DNA of 58,885 nt from an uncultured Gammaproteobacteria bacterium (GCA_964576705.1 CAZNVI010000002.1:1-58885), one strand, 5' to 3'; shown: positions 1 through 10,084, counted from the first letter of the stretch. Numbers and translations: made by a program. Notes: generated by a model not told the origin, from the letters alone.

Positions 1-341
1 ATTTACCACAAAAAGACGTCCATGAGCAAGCAGTAGTGGATGGAAAAGTCGGATATTTAAAAGAACCGCTTGTGCATATCGCAGATCCCGAGTTTAAACG
101 TTACCTTAAAAGGTTTTCCAGATATACAAATCTCATGGCAGAACAGATGCGAGAAAGTAATCTCGGAAATAATCCTGCAATTGTCTTTAAATATTTATTG
201 TTATCCCCGGTTTATTGGTTTTTATTAACTTATGGAAGGCATAAGGGATTCATGGATGGATGGCAAGGTTTTATTTTCTCGCTATTTTCATCAATGCGTT
301 TTCCTGTATCATACTTAAAGTATATAAGAAAAATTATATGA
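1..341 (+). CDS. Family-2 glycosyltransferase, C-terminal fragment (5' end upstream of window)
   Basis: The frame (phase of nt 3) is open from the window edge to TGA 339-341. The tail HEQAVVDGKVGYLKEPLVHIADPEFKRYLKRFSRYTNLMAEQ...GFMDGWQGFIFSLFSS resembles the conserved C-terminal region of LPS-core-type GT2 enzymes (KdtX/WaaE-like) as I recall it. Confidence 0.6.
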   Translation, partial: LPQKDVHEQAVVDGKVGYLKEPLVHIADPEFKRYLKRFSRYTNLMAEQMRESNLGNNPAIVFKYLLLSPVYWFLLTYGRHKGFMDGWQGFIFSLFSSMRFPVSYLKYIRKII

Positions 342-1336
342 AAAATATTCTGGTAACCGGTGGAGCAGGGTATATAGGTAGTTTTATGACTAGACGCTTA
401 ATCGATGAAGGGTTTGGAGTAACTGTAGTTGATAATTTAGAACGTGGACATAAAGAAGTCGTCGATAACCGGGCTAAGTTTAAAATCGGAGATTTAATGG
501 ATCCAGCTTTCATGAATGATGTATTTTCTTCTGAAGATTTTGACGGAGTTATACATTTTGCCGGGCTGATATCAGTAGGAGAGTCTGTGGGAAAACCGGA
601 TGAGTATTTCAGGATCAACACTGTAGGGAGTCTTTTGCTTTTAGAACAAATGCGTATGAAAAAAGTAAATAAAATTATTTTTTCATCCACTGCAGGGATT
701 TACGGTAACCCTACTAAAATTCCTATACCTGAAGATCATCCTAAAAATCCGGAAAGTCCGTACGGGATGAGTAAGTTATTAGTAGAAAACGGGTTAAGTT
801 GGTATAGTAATTCATTTGGAATAAACTCCGTATCTCTTCGTTACTTTAATGCTGCCGGAGCCTCGCTTGACGGGAGTATTGGAGAGAATCATAAATTTGA
901 AACGCACATAATCCCTAATATTATTTATTCTATATTGCATAATAAGGAGTTTACTTTGTTTGGAGAGGATTATTCAACTACAGACGGGACATGTATTAGA
1001 GATTACATACACGTACTTGATCTTGTGGAAGCTCATTTGTCTGCATTAAAAAAAGTTGAAAGCGAAAATGGAAGTTTTGCGTATAACGTGGGTACGGGTA
1101 TAGGTTACAGTAATAAAGAAGTTATTTCATCAGTAGAAAAAATTACCGGAAAGAAGGTTAACCTTTCGATTAAGCCAAAAAGAAAAGGTGATGCTGAAGT
1201 TTTGATAGCTGATAATTCAAAAATTAAAAAAGAACTTAATTTTTCTCCAAAATATTCTGACCTTTCAAATATCATTGAAACAGCCTGGAAATGGCACAGT
1301 ACCAGTTCAGAATTCAAGATATCGAATTCAGAATGA
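338..1336 (+). CDS. galE: UDP-glucose 4-epimerase
   Basis: Start moved to ATG 338, which puts MKNILVTGGAGYIGS at the N-terminus and gives an ATGA overlap with the upstream stop. Motifs: SPYGMSKLLVE (YxxxK), SLRYFNAAGA, ETHIIP. Confidence 0.85.
   Translation: MKNILVTGGAGYIGSFMTRRLIDEGFGVTVVDNLERGHKEVVDNRAKFKIGDLMDPAFMNDVFSSEDFDGVIHFAGLISVGESVGKPDEYFRINTVGSLLLLEQMRMKKVNKIIFSSTAGIYGNPTKIPIPEDHPKNPESPYGMSKLLVENGLSWYSNSFGINSVSLRYFNAAGASLDGSIGENHKFETHIIPNIIYSILHNKEFTLFGEDYSTTDGTCIRDYIHVLDLVEAHLSALKKVESENGSFAYNVGTGIGYSNKEVISSVEKITGKKVNLSIKPKRKGDAEVLIADNSKIKKELNFSPKYSDLSNIIETAWKWHSTSSEFKISNSE
1306..1333 (+). repeat. Imperfect heptanucleotide tandem array (TTCARAA-like x4) at the galE 3' end / next-gene start
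   Basis: TTCAGAA TTCAAGA TATCGAA TTCAGAA, immediately followed by the overlapping ATGA stop/start. Encodes SEFKISNSE. Confidence 0.8.
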
Positions 1337-1857
1337 AACATCTACTCACTTTTTTCCTCTTATCAATGTTCGTCTTATTTTTACCGGTATCAATTGTATC
1401 TGCTCAATCAGAATATGTTTTACCTTACCCTTCAGCTATGCCCGGAAGCGTTTGGTATAAGATGGATTTAATATTTGAGCAAATTCAGAAATACTGGTAC
1501 TTCGGAGCTATATCGCAGTTTAAATATAACCTGAAACAAGCGGATAAGTATTTGGTAGAGGCGAAAACTCTTTTTGAATACAAACAATACTTATTAGCTT
1601 ATGAGGCCTTGGTTAAGTCAGATAAACATTTTAAATTTGCATCTGAGAATATTATTACGGCTGCAAAAGAAAAAAAAGACATTTCTAGCATAAAAACAGT
1701 ACTCCGAAATGCGTCTTTAAAGCATATTTCAGTTTTAGAAGAGCTTACAAAAATTACTCCCGTGACTTTTACATGGAGGCCTGAAAAAGGTTCTGCTACA
1801 AAAATCATGATTTATAAATCGTTGGATAAATCAATTGGAATTAGAAAAAACTTATGA
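1333..1857 (+). CDS. Secreted hypothetical protein (signal peptide; DUF5667-like helical domain)
   Basis: Start moved to ATG 1333 (ATGA overlap with the galE stop). MKHLLTFFLLSMFVLFLPVSIVSAQS looks like a signal peptide. LPYPSAMPGSVWYKMDLIFEQIQ resembles CPR DUF5667 N-termini from memory. Confidence 0.5.
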   Translation: MKHLLTFFLLSMFVLFLPVSIVSAQSEYVLPYPSAMPGSVWYKMDLIFEQIQKYWYFGAISQFKYNLKQADKYLVEAKTLFEYKQYLLAYEALVKSDKHFKFASENIITAAKEKKDISSIKTVLRNASLKHISVLEELTKITPVTFTWRPEKGSATKIMIYKSLDKSIGIRKNL

Positions 1858-3002
1858 AAAAAATAGTTTTTAGGTTATATGTCCTTACCGTATTTATTTT
1901 TAGTGTTTTTTCATATGTTTTTATAGATAAAAACTTAATTTACCTAAATGTTTTTTATACTGGCTTATATTCGGTATATAGGAATTATGTCGGTACTATT
2001 TATTTGACTTTATTGGTAATGCTTCATATTTTATATCTGGTACTTATTAGATTATATCTAAAAAAAATAATAGGGTATAAAGAAATTATCTTTTTAATTA
2101 CGATAACTATTATTTTACTTTTTTTTAGTTATCCGACAATTCTCTCTTACGATATTTTTAATTATATAGCCACAGCTAAAGTCGCGTTTCTCTATGGTGA
2201 AAATCCGTATGTCGTTATGCCAATAGAATTTATAAATGATCCGATTTTATTATTTATGCACGCGGCAAATAAGACTGCTCTTTATGGACCTGTATGGATT
2301 GGGCTTACTTTATTTCCGCACATTTTAGGCTTTGGCAATTTTTTACTTACTTTATTCAGTTTCAAATTAGTCATAGCAGGTTTCTATATTTTATCCAATA
2401 TATTGATTTACAAATTAGTTAAAAACTGGTTTTCTGTAATTATATTTGCTCTTCATCCTCTCGTAATAATTGAAACTTTAATAAGTGGCCATAATGACAT
2501 AGTCATGATCGGTTTAGTACTGATTGCATATCTTTTACTTAAAAAGAAGAGAATTTTATTTGCTGCGATTTTTTTATTTCTTTCGATAGGGATTAAATTC
2601 GCAACAATTTTTTTGTTACCGGTTTTTATATACGTATCAATAAATACTGTCAGAAATAAGATTGTTAATTGGTCTAAAGTTTATTATTTGTCTTCATTGG
2701 CGATGTTTATTGTATTTCTTATATCGCCATTTCGTGAAGAGATGTATCCCTGGTATTCTATATGGTTTTTTGTTTTTATTTGTCTTTCGATACCAAGTAA
2801 AAACTTGCTTGTGGTAACGTCGTTATTTCTGTTTGGGTTAATGCTTAGATATATACCTTTTTTATTTTTTGGTATTTATAGTCCTTTAGTTATACAACTT
2901 AGGACTGCAATTATGTTTTTGCCGTTATTGATTTATTTTTTAATACTTATGTTAAATAAAATTTTAAAGATAAGCTACAGTTTCATTATGGGTAAGAGTT
3001 GA
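1854..3002 (+). CDS. Polytopic membrane protein, GT-C-like (GT87/DUF2029-like)
   Basis: About 10 hydrophobic helices. Acidic first loop SYDIFNY and ISGHNDIVMIGL motif as in PimE/DUF2029-type enzymes. ATGA overlap with the upstream gene. Confidence 0.5.
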   Translation: MKKIVFRLYVLTVFIFSVFSYVFIDKNLIYLNVFYTGLYSVYRNYVGTIYLTLLVMLHILYLVLIRLYLKKIIGYKEIIFLITITIILLFFSYPTILSYDIFNYIATAKVAFLYGENPYVVMPIEFINDPILLFMHAANKTALYGPVWIGLTLFPHILGFGNFLLTLFSFKLVIAGFYILSNILIYKLVKNWFSVIIFALHPLVIIETLISGHNDIVMIGLVLIAYLLLKKKRILFAAIFLFLSIGIKFATIFLLPVFIYVSINTVRNKIVNWSKVYYLSSLAMFIVFLISPFREEMYPWYSIWFFVFICLSIPSKNLLVVTSLFLFGLMLRYIPFLFFGIYSPLVIQLRTAIMFLPLLIYFLILMLNKILKISYSFIMGKS

Positions 3003-3005
3003 ATT

Positions 3006-4667
3006 ATGCAAAAAACATTAAATATAATTTTGGAATACAAGTATATTTTTTTAGTTATTTTACTCACAATACCGGGAATCATTCCATTACTTCATCCAGG
3101 CTTACCACCAACTCATGATGGAGAGTATCATGTGATTAGATTTCATCAATTTTATAAAACTCTTTCTTCAGGAATTTTATATCCAAGATGGGCAATGGAT
3201 TTAAATAATGGCTTAGGAATTCCTTTATTTAACTATGTATATCCGCTTCCGAATTATGTGTCAGCGTTTCTATATTTTCTGGGTTTCAGTTTCATCGATA
3301 CATTTAAGCTAAATTTGTTTTTTGGAACATTGATCGGATCAGCATTCATGTACATATTATCGAAGCATTATTGGGGAGAACTGGGTGGTGTAGTTTCTGC
3401 TATAAGCTATGCTTATGTACCTTATAGATTTGTTGATATTTACATACGCGGGTCAGTAGGGGAGATTTGGGCAATTGCGTTTTTTCCGGCGTTTATTTGG
3501 TCGATTACGAAGTTAGTTGAAAAAAACACACCGAAATTTATTATTTCTTCCAGTATTTTTCTTACCCTTATAATTTTTTCTCATAATATTTTAGCAGTCA
3601 TGTTTACGCTTTTTGCGTCTTCATATTGTTTATTTTTATTATCTAGAATAGGCTGGAAAAAGCAAATCGTAAAATCAATGATTCTATCTATTCTGTTAGG
3701 AATTTGTTTACCTGCTGTCTTTTGGCTCCCAGCACTAGTCGAAAATAAACTTGTCAGAGGACTACAGATTTATTCTATAAATGATAATTTTCCTGAGTTT
3801 TACCAGCTTATTATTCCGTCATGGGGATCAGGTTTTTCTGGAAGTAATTTACTAAACCAAATGTCTTTTCAAATAGGCTTAGTACCGATAGTAATTATAA
3901 TATTAAGTATTTTGATTCTTTTTAAACATAAGCTGAACAGCCCTAAAACGTCTCATGTGTTATTATTTTTTCTGGCGTGGTTTTTTATAAGTGTAATATT
4001 CATGCTCAGATTATCTTACCCGCTTTGGATTAATATACCTTTATTAAGTTACTTTCAGTTTCCTTGGAGGTTTTTGAGCTTGACCATGGTCGTTACATCT
4101 TTTATTAGCGGCGGTATAGTTTATTCCATTTTTTCGCCTAAGTTGCAATTTGCATCCGCTGTAGTAATTATTACTCTTACAATCCTAGCAACGATTAGCT
4201 ACACAAAACCTGCCTATTATCATTACAGGGATGACAGATATTATTTAACAAAACCTAATTTTATTAATGGTACAAATAGTCCAGGAGATTTATTTAATAC
4301 TATATGGATTAAAGATACAGATCTACATAGTAAAGGTATAAAATATATGACAGGCTTTGGAAAAATTAGTAATACCGTAAATAATCCTAACTATAAAGAA
4401 TACATGATTGATTCAGGCATTAATAGTGAGGTAGAGGTTGGATTAGCCTACTTCCCAGGTTGGATTGTGCGTCAGGACGGAAAAACGATTGCGTTAAAAA
4501 AAATGGAAAATGGTTTAATCGGATTTGGAATATCGGAAGGAAAACACAACATTGAATTAATATTTCTTGATACAATAACAAGGCGTGTTGCAAGTGCTAT
4601 AACGCTTATGTCTGGTTTAGTAATCCTGAGTATATCAATCATAAGTCGTAAATTAAAACTATTATGA
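3006..4667 (+). CDS. Polytopic membrane protein, PTPS-related/GT-C-like, with ecto-domain and C-terminal anchor
   Basis: HPGLPPTHDGEYHVIRFHQFYKTL...YPRWAMDLNNGLGIPLFNYVYPLPNY matches the '6-pyruvoyl-tetrahydropterin-synthase-related' membrane family as recalled. It has more than 10 TM helices, a soluble beta-rich tail and a terminal TM (VASAITLMSGLVILSISII). Confidence 0.55.
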   Translation: MQKTLNIILEYKYIFLVILLTIPGIIPLLHPGLPPTHDGEYHVIRFHQFYKTLSSGILYPRWAMDLNNGLGIPLFNYVYPLPNYVSAFLYFLGFSFIDTFKLNLFFGTLIGSAFMYILSKHYWGELGGVVSAISYAYVPYRFVDIYIRGSVGEIWAIAFFPAFIWSITKLVEKNTPKFIISSSIFLTLIIFSHNILAVMFTLFASSYCLFLLSRIGWKKQIVKSMILSILLGICLPAVFWLPALVENKLVRGLQIYSINDNFPEFYQLIIPSWGSGFSGSNLLNQMSFQIGLVPIVIIILSILILFKHKLNSPKTSHVLLFFLAWFFISVIFMLRLSYPLWINIPLLSYFQFPWRFLSLTMVVTSFISGGIVYSIFSPKLQFASAVVIITLTILATISYTKPAYYHYRDDRYYLTKPNFINGTNSPGDLFNTIWIKDTDLHSKGIKYMTGFGKISNTVNNPNYKEYMIDSGINSEVEVGLAYFPGWIVRQDGKTIALKKMENGLIGFGISEGKHNIELIFLDTITRRVASAITLMSGLVILSISIISRKLKLL

Positions 4668-5719
4668 GGATAGCCTTAAATATTTCACCTTTATTCAGCG
4701 GACATAAAGTTCGCGGAGCAGGTTTTTATGTCGAAAGATTAAAAGAAGCGTATCTTAAATATTATTCTAAACATGAGTATGTTTTTTTTACCCGGATATC
4801 CGAACTAAATGGTAAGTTTGACGTGGTTCACTATCCGTTTTTCGATCCGTTTTTTTTAACTGCCCCTGTTTTTAAAAGATCACCCTTGGTAGTAACAATT
4901 CACGATTTAATTCCGTTAATATTTCCCCAACATTTTCCAGCAGGAATCAAAGGTAAGATAAAATGGCAAATTCAAAAAATACTATTATCCCGAACGGATG
5001 CAGTTATAACTGATTCTATTTCATCCAAGAAAGATATAAGCAGAGTTGCAGATATACACGAAGATAAAACTCATGTAATATACCTGTCTGCGGGCGAGGA
5101 GTTCAGGCAGCTTAAAAATTCAAAAAACAAATCTGATGAAATCAGAAGAAAATACAATTTGCCAAGTAAATTTGTGTTGTATGTAGGTGATGCCACTTGG
5201 AATAAAAACTTGGTTAATTTAATTAAGGCTATAGAAAAAACAGATATCCAGTTAGTTATGGTAGGAAAAGCCTTAGTAGATAAGAATATCGATGGTCATA
5301 ATATATGGAATAAAGATCTTATCGAGTCAAAGAATTTGATTCATAACAAAATTCAGTTTATAACACTAGGATTTCTGCCCACTGAAGATTTAGTCGCAAT
5401 TTATAATTGCGCCACTGTTGCGATCTTGCCTTCTTTTTATGAAGGATTCGGTTTACCGATTGTTGAAGCGATGAAATCCGGCTGTCCGGTAATCGCTTCC
5501 GATAGAGGGTCAATTCCGGAAGTAGCAGGTGACGCAGTTTTATATATAGATCCATATAATATAAATAATATTTCTGAGACGATAAACCGGTTATGTAAAG
5601 ACGCAGAACTTCGCCGAAGGTTAATTAGAAAAGGATTTATTCAAGCGGATAAGTTTTCATGGAAAAAAACAGCTGAAAATACGATAGCTTTATATGAAAA
5701 AATTAAAAAGAATTACTAA
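4664..5719 (+). CDS. Family-4 (GT-B) glycosyltransferase
   Basis: EX7E region YEGFGLPIVEAMKSGCPVIASDRGSIPEVAGD. N-domain MRIALNISPL...VTIHDLIP. ATGA overlap with the upstream gene. Confidence 0.8.
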   Translation: MRIALNISPLFSGHKVRGAGFYVERLKEAYLKYYSKHEYVFFTRISELNGKFDVVHYPFFDPFFLTAPVFKRSPLVVTIHDLIPLIFPQHFPAGIKGKIKWQIQKILLSRTDAVITDSISSKKDISRVADIHEDKTHVIYLSAGEEFRQLKNSKNKSDEIRRKYNLPSKFVLYVGDATWNKNLVNLIKAIEKTDIQLVMVGKALVDKNIDGHNIWNKDLIESKNLIHNKIQFITLGFLPTEDLVAIYNCATVAILPSFYEGFGLPIVEAMKSGCPVIASDRGSIPEVAGDAVLYIDPYNINNISETINRLCKDAELRRRLIRKGFIQADKFSWKKTAENTIALYEKIKKNY

Positions 5720-6956
5720 TAATCCTCTAATTTCAGGAAGCATTATCATTTTCAGCGGTACATTTTTAGCTAATGTCTTTAACGCTGTTTTTAATTTTTT
5801 TGCCGTTGGTCACCTAAGTGTAGTAGATTACGGAATTGTTGCAAGCTTAATTTCATTAATTTCACTTCCAGCTTATGCTGCAAATTCTATCATCCCGGCC
5901 GTGGTGCAATTCGGCGGTAAATACTTTGCCTCAAATAATTTGGCCGCCGTAGTGAGGTTGTATAGAAAAGCCGGGATATTCGTTTTATTCATAGCAGTCG
6001 TCATATTTTTATTCTTTTTAGTTTTTATTCAGCAAATCAGCGAATTTCTAAAAATTTATGATTTGACATTATTGCTTTTAACAAGTGTTATTATCTTTGT
6101 TGGCTTTTTCACCTATTTAAATTTAGGTATGCTTCAGGCTAAATTGGCATTCGTTTCTATTTCGGCTTTTAGTCTTATAGGTTCATTAACTAAGTTAACA
6201 TTAGGTGCGCTATTTATAATTTTGGCTTTTGAAGTTCGGGGTGTAATGTCTGCTATTTTATTATCAACTGTAATTCCACTATTTTTATCATTAATTCCTC
6301 TTAAGTTTATTTTTAGTAAACACATAAATAAAACCGGGACAGAAACTTCTACGAAAGAATTGATATATTACGGTACTCCATCTGCTATCGGTTTGATATC
6401 ACTTACCTCTCTCATAACTTCTGATATTCTTTTAGTTAAGCATTTTTTTAACGGGGATATTGCAGGATTGTACGGTGGATTATCATTAGCAGGTAGGGTG
6501 ATTTTTTATTTTACTGCCCCTATTGTTACTGTAATGTTTCCGCTTATTGTGAGAAAGAAAAACAATAACGAAAATTATAATACTACCTTTGCGCTTGCCG
6601 TGTTTTTAGTTCTAATTGCATCCCTTTTTATTACAGTAATTTATATGTTAATCCCGAATTTTGTTATTTTAACTTTATTAAATAAAAAAGAATATCTGTC
6701 TATCTCAAGTCAATTAGTGTTATTCGCTATAAATATTACACTTTATTCAGTAATATCGGTATTCGTGAATTTCTATTTATCTATTAAGGCGACCAGGATT
6801 TTCATTCCTGTATCTATTGCAGCAATAATTCAAATAGTTCTTATTTGTTATTTTCATAATTCTTTTTATGAAATAATCTACATAACTATAATAGTTCTAA
6901 TTGTGTTACTAATAGCTCTTTTGTTATACTATCCCTATGCGACAAAGAAAAAATGA
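5694..6956 (+). CDS. Wzx-like oligosaccharide flippase (MOP superfamily)
   Basis: 420 aa with about 12 TM helices and a basic N-terminus (MKKLKRITNNPLISGS). Typical size and topology for a polysaccharide-locus flippase, and sits in a glycan-locus context. Confidence 0.65.
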   Translation: MKKLKRITNNPLISGSIIIFSGTFLANVFNAVFNFFAVGHLSVVDYGIVASLISLISLPAYAANSIIPAVVQFGGKYFASNNLAAVVRLYRKAGIFVLFIAVVIFLFFLVFIQQISEFLKIYDLTLLLLTSVIIFVGFFTYLNLGMLQAKLAFVSISAFSLIGSLTKLTLGALFIILAFEVRGVMSAILLSTVIPLFLSLIPLKFIFSKHINKTGTETSTKELIYYGTPSAIGLISLTSLITSDILLVKHFFNGDIAGLYGGLSLAGRVIFYFTAPIVTVMFPLIVRKKNNNENYNTTFALAVFLVLIASLFITVIYMLIPNFVILTLLNKKEYLSISSQLVLFAINITLYSVISVFVNFYLSIKATRIFIPVSIAAIIQIVLICYFHNSFYEIIYITIIVLIVLLIALLLYYPYATKKK

Positions 6957-7755
6957 CTTTGGCGTTAATAAATTAATCTCCATAGTAATTCCCGCATACA
7001 ATCAGCAAAAAACAATTACACGCGATATAAAGAATATTGAGAAAATATTAAAACTCTTAGGCTATAAGTATGAAGTTATCATAGTAAATGACGGATCAAC
7101 AGATCACACATTAAAAAAAGCTAAAGTATTCCGTTCAGATAAAGTAAAAGTTTTGGGCTATTCTATAAACCAAGGAAAAGGACATGCTATACGCTTGGGC
7201 ATGCTTAAAGCCAAAGGAGATATAATCGGTTTTATAGATTCAGGGATGGATATTAACCCAAATGGCTTTGCGATGTTATTGAATCATATGGAGTGGTATA
7301 ACGCTGATGTTATAGTCGGTTCTAAATTACATCCTGTCTCTAAAGTGAAGTATCCATATCCCCGAAGAATCTTATCATGGGGATATAGATGGTTAACGAA
7401 AGTACTGTTCGGTTTTAAGATTCGAGATACCCAAGTAGGATTGAAATTTTTCAAACGTAAAGTGGTGAATGCCGTTATTCCAAGATTATTAGTTAAAAAA
7501 TATGCTTTTGATATTGAAATTCTTGCTGTTTCTCATAGATTAGGATATAAAAGAATATTTGAAGCTCCAGTCGAAATAAATTTTAAAACCAATACCATAA
7601 ATTCAGCCAATTTATGGAAAACAATTTTTAACATGCTTTGGGATACTTTCGCTGTCTTCTATCGCTTAAATATTCGTAATCACTATACTAAAAAATTTAA
7701 AAGAAGGAATATTTCAAGAAGAAGTTTTTTACCATTCACGTTTAATAATATATAA
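6937..7755 (+). CDS. Family-2 glycosyltransferase, polyprenyl-phosphate hexose synthase-like (DPM1/Alg5 type)
   Basis: ISIVIPAYNQ...VIIVNDGSTDHT...NQGKGHAIRLGMLKAKGDIIGFIDSGMD...FDIEILA. Confidence 0.65.
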   Translation: MRQRKNDFGVNKLISIVIPAYNQQKTITRDIKNIEKILKLLGYKYEVIIVNDGSTDHTLKKAKVFRSDKVKVLGYSINQGKGHAIRLGMLKAKGDIIGFIDSGMDINPNGFAMLLNHMEWYNADVIVGSKLHPVSKVKYPYPRRILSWGYRWLTKVLFGFKIRDTQVGLKFFKRKVVNAVIPRLLVKKYAFDIEILAVSHRLGYKRIFEAPVEINFKTNTINSANLWKTIFNMLWDTFAVFYRLNIRNHYTKKFKRRNISRRSFLPFTFNNI

Positions 7756-7778
7756 ACTATCATTTTAGATTAACCACT

Positions 7779-8807
7779 ATGCATATATTAATTACCGGAG
7801 GAGCAGGATTTATAGGCTCAAATGCTTCGAAATACTACCTTGAACGCGGAAATTCAGTAACGATAATAGATAATTTTTCACGAAAAAGCGGATACCATAA
7901 CACTCAATGGTTAAGCGGGTTATTCAAAAAAAAATATAAGATTATAAAAGCCGATGTGCGTTCAGATGTTTCAATCCTAAAAAAGGAAGTAAATAGAGCT
8001 GATTTTATAATTCATTTGGCTGGACAAGTCGCTGTAACAAATTCAATCATAAATCCCAGAGAAGATTTTGAAAGCAATACTGTCGGAACTTTTAATATGC
8101 TTGAGGCAGTTAGAATTTCAAAAAACAATCCTGCTTTAATTTATAGCTCTACGAATAAGGTTTATGGTGATCTAAATAAAATAAAAATAGAAGAAAGACC
8201 AACTAGAGTAGCATTTAAAAATATGCCTTATGGTGTATCAGAAGAGCAAAATTTAGACTTTCATTCTCCTTACGGTTGCAGCAAAGGTGCTGCAGATCAG
8301 TATGTCCGGGATTACGCTAGAGTTTATGGATTGCGAACTGTAGTTTTCCGGCAGTCATGTATTTATGGGCCAAGGCAATTCGGGATTGAAGATCAAGGGT
8401 GGCTTGCGTGGTTTATGATAGCTATATCTCAAAATAAACCAATCACAATTTACGGCACCGGGAAACAGGTGCGGGATGTATTATATATTGATGATTTAAT
8501 TGCAGCATATGATAAAGCGTTTGAGCATATTAAAATGACATCAGGTCAAGTTTATAACATAGGAGGTGGTCGGACGCGAGCACTATCTGTTTGGTACGAT
8601 TTGAAGCCGATCTTAGAAAGATTATTTAAAAAAGATATAAATATTCTATTTGAAAAACAGAGAATCGGAGATCAGTCAATTTATATATCAGATATAAGGA
8701 AAGCTAAGTCAGAATTTAACTGGGAACCTAGAATTTCAAATAATGAAGGAATTAATAACTTGTATAATTGGATTATCTCTAATAAATCTTACTTTAAAGG
8801 ATTGTAA
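7779..8807 (+). CDS. NDP-sugar epimerase, CDP-paratose 2-epimerase-like SDR
   Basis: MHILITGGAGFIGSN, SSTNKVYGDL, LDFHSPYGCSKGAADQY, VVFRQSCIYGPRQFGIEDQGWLAWF and GKQVRDVLYIDD line up closely with the Salmonella RfbE/Tyv-type epimerase as I remember it. Confidence 0.7.
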   Translation: MHILITGGAGFIGSNASKYYLERGNSVTIIDNFSRKSGYHNTQWLSGLFKKKYKIIKADVRSDVSILKKEVNRADFIIHLAGQVAVTNSIINPREDFESNTVGTFNMLEAVRISKNNPALIYSSTNKVYGDLNKIKIEERPTRVAFKNMPYGVSEEQNLDFHSPYGCSKGAADQYVRDYARVYGLRTVVFRQSCIYGPRQFGIEDQGWLAWFMIAISQNKPITIYGTGKQVRDVLYIDDLIAAYDKAFEHIKMTSGQVYNIGGGRTRALSVWYDLKPILERLFKKDINILFEKQRIGDQSIYISDIRKAKSEFNWEPRISNNEGINNLYNWIISNKSYFKGL

Positions 8808-8819
8808 TTTAAGAACCGA

Positions 8820-8849
8820 TTGACGTCTTAGCGTTTATATATATATAAT
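8820..8849 (+). promoter_or_regulatory. Sigma70-like promoter (TTGACG-18 nt-TATAAT) in the only sizeable gap of the first gene block
   Basis: TTGACG at 8820-8825 and TATAAT at 8844-8849, inside the 129-nt gap 8808-8936. AT-rich genomes produce chance matches. Confidence 0.5.
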
Positions 8850-8936
8850 CGGAACGTGTTTAATTTAATTCAGACATCTTACGAATACAGTATAAAACGG
8901 TTAACTTTTACCTTTATTCTGCCTTATTTTCCCTAG

Positions 8937-10058
8937 ATGAATATCCTCATTCTAAATTGGCGTGATGTAAAAAATCCCTTATCTGGTGGTGCTGAAATTC
9001 TTACCCATGAATTAGCGAAGCAGTGGATAAAAGCCGGACATAGCGTTACGCTTTTTACGTCTATTTTTCCGAATGCTAATAAAAAAGAAATAATTGATAA
9101 AGTTACAGTTATTCGCGAAGGACATCCTGACTTACGAACTCTGTTTAGTTCCGTACAGTTTAAAGCATATAGATATTATAAAAAAAATATAGGTAAATTT
9201 GACGTCATCATAGATGAAGTTCATGGTGTTCCGTTTTTTACACCATTATATGTCAAGGAGCCGGTCATATCTCTAATATGCGAGGTGGCTAATGATATTT
9301 GGGATGTTATGTTTTCTTTCCCTTGGAGCTTTATCGGTAAAAATCTGGAGAAAGCCTTTTTCCGGCTATATACAAAGAATTCAGTTTTTACAATTTCTAA
9401 TTCTACTAAATCTGATCTTATTTCTTATGGTTTTAAATCGGATAAGATATTCGTATTGCCTATGGGAATTACCAGATTCGCGGTCAATAATATTAAAAAA
9501 GAGGCGAAATCAACAATAATTTTTGTCGCACGTTTGAACAAGATGAAGGGTATCGAGGATGCGATCATAGCGGTTGCATTATTGAAAAGAAAAATAGAAA
9601 AACTTTCTTTTTGGATAATAGGTCGGGGTGAAGAGGGGTACGTAGATAAATTAAAAAAACTAACTAAAAATAATGATTTATCTGAGAACGTTAAATTTTT
9701 CGGATTTGTATCGCAAAGAAAAAAATTTGAGCTAATGGCAAGATCACATTTGATCGTAGTGCCTTCTGTGCGTGAAGGCTTCGGAATGATTGTTCCTGAG
9801 GCGGGGTCTGTAGGCACGCCTGCTGTGGTATATGACTCACATGGATTACGCGATACTATAGATAATAATTTTAACGGAATAATAGTTGATAGAAGTCCAC
9901 AGGCACTTGCAGATGGACTGCATAAAATTATAAAAGGCAAAAGGTTATACGAAAAAATTTGTAAAAATGCGAAAGAAGAAAGTAAGAAATATCGGTGGGA
10001 AAGAACGGGAAAAGAATCAATTAAAATATTAAAGAAAGCGCTTTCTTTTAAAAATTGA
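8937..10058 (+). CDS. Family-4 glycosyltransferase
   Basis: MNILILNWRD...GGAEILTHELAK N-domain. EX7E region REGFGMIVPEAGSVGTPAVVYDSHGLRDTI. Confidence 0.8.
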   Translation: MNILILNWRDVKNPLSGGAEILTHELAKQWIKAGHSVTLFTSIFPNANKKEIIDKVTVIREGHPDLRTLFSSVQFKAYRYYKKNIGKFDVIIDEVHGVPFFTPLYVKEPVISLICEVANDIWDVMFSFPWSFIGKNLEKAFFRLYTKNSVFTISNSTKSDLISYGFKSDKIFVLPMGITRFAVNNIKKEAKSTIIFVARLNKMKGIEDAIIAVALLKRKIEKLSFWIIGRGEEGYVDKLKKLTKNNDLSENVKFFGFVSQRKKFELMARSHLIVVPSVREGFGMIVPEAGSVGTPAVVYDSHGLRDTIDNNFNGIIVDRSPQALADGLHKIIKGKRLYEKICKNAKEESKKYRWERTGKESIKILKKALSFKN

Positions 10059-10084
10059 ATGTGTTATTGTACTAATAATTTTAT

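Noticed and set aside
260-337. N-terminal extensions offered by the ORF track, for galE (260), the signal-peptide protein (1291), the BNR-like gene (19410), the GT2 (34677), the GT4 (43727), DUF4012 (46730) and rsmH (51861).
   Set aside because: The internal ATGs place the conserved N-terminal motifs or signal peptides at the true N-terminus. They also give ATGA or short overlaps typical of this operon. The extensions overlap the preceding gene and carry no motifs.
8816-8852. The inverted repeat CCGAT...ATCGG flanking the 8820-8849 promoter as an operator.
   Set aside because: The arms are only 5 bp, 27 nt apart. This is expected by chance.
9425-9940. Long antisense or alternative-frame ORFs in the six-frame track. 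Examples: 334-690(-), 1105-1341(-), 9425-9940(-), 15279-15677(-), 36159-36494(-), 36213-36461(+), 40645-40977(-), 55067-55378(+), 56817-57083(-).
   Set aside because: Each lies entirely inside a longer ORF that has clear family motifs on the other strand or frame. Their translations are low-complexity with no recognisable motifs, so they are shadow ORFs.
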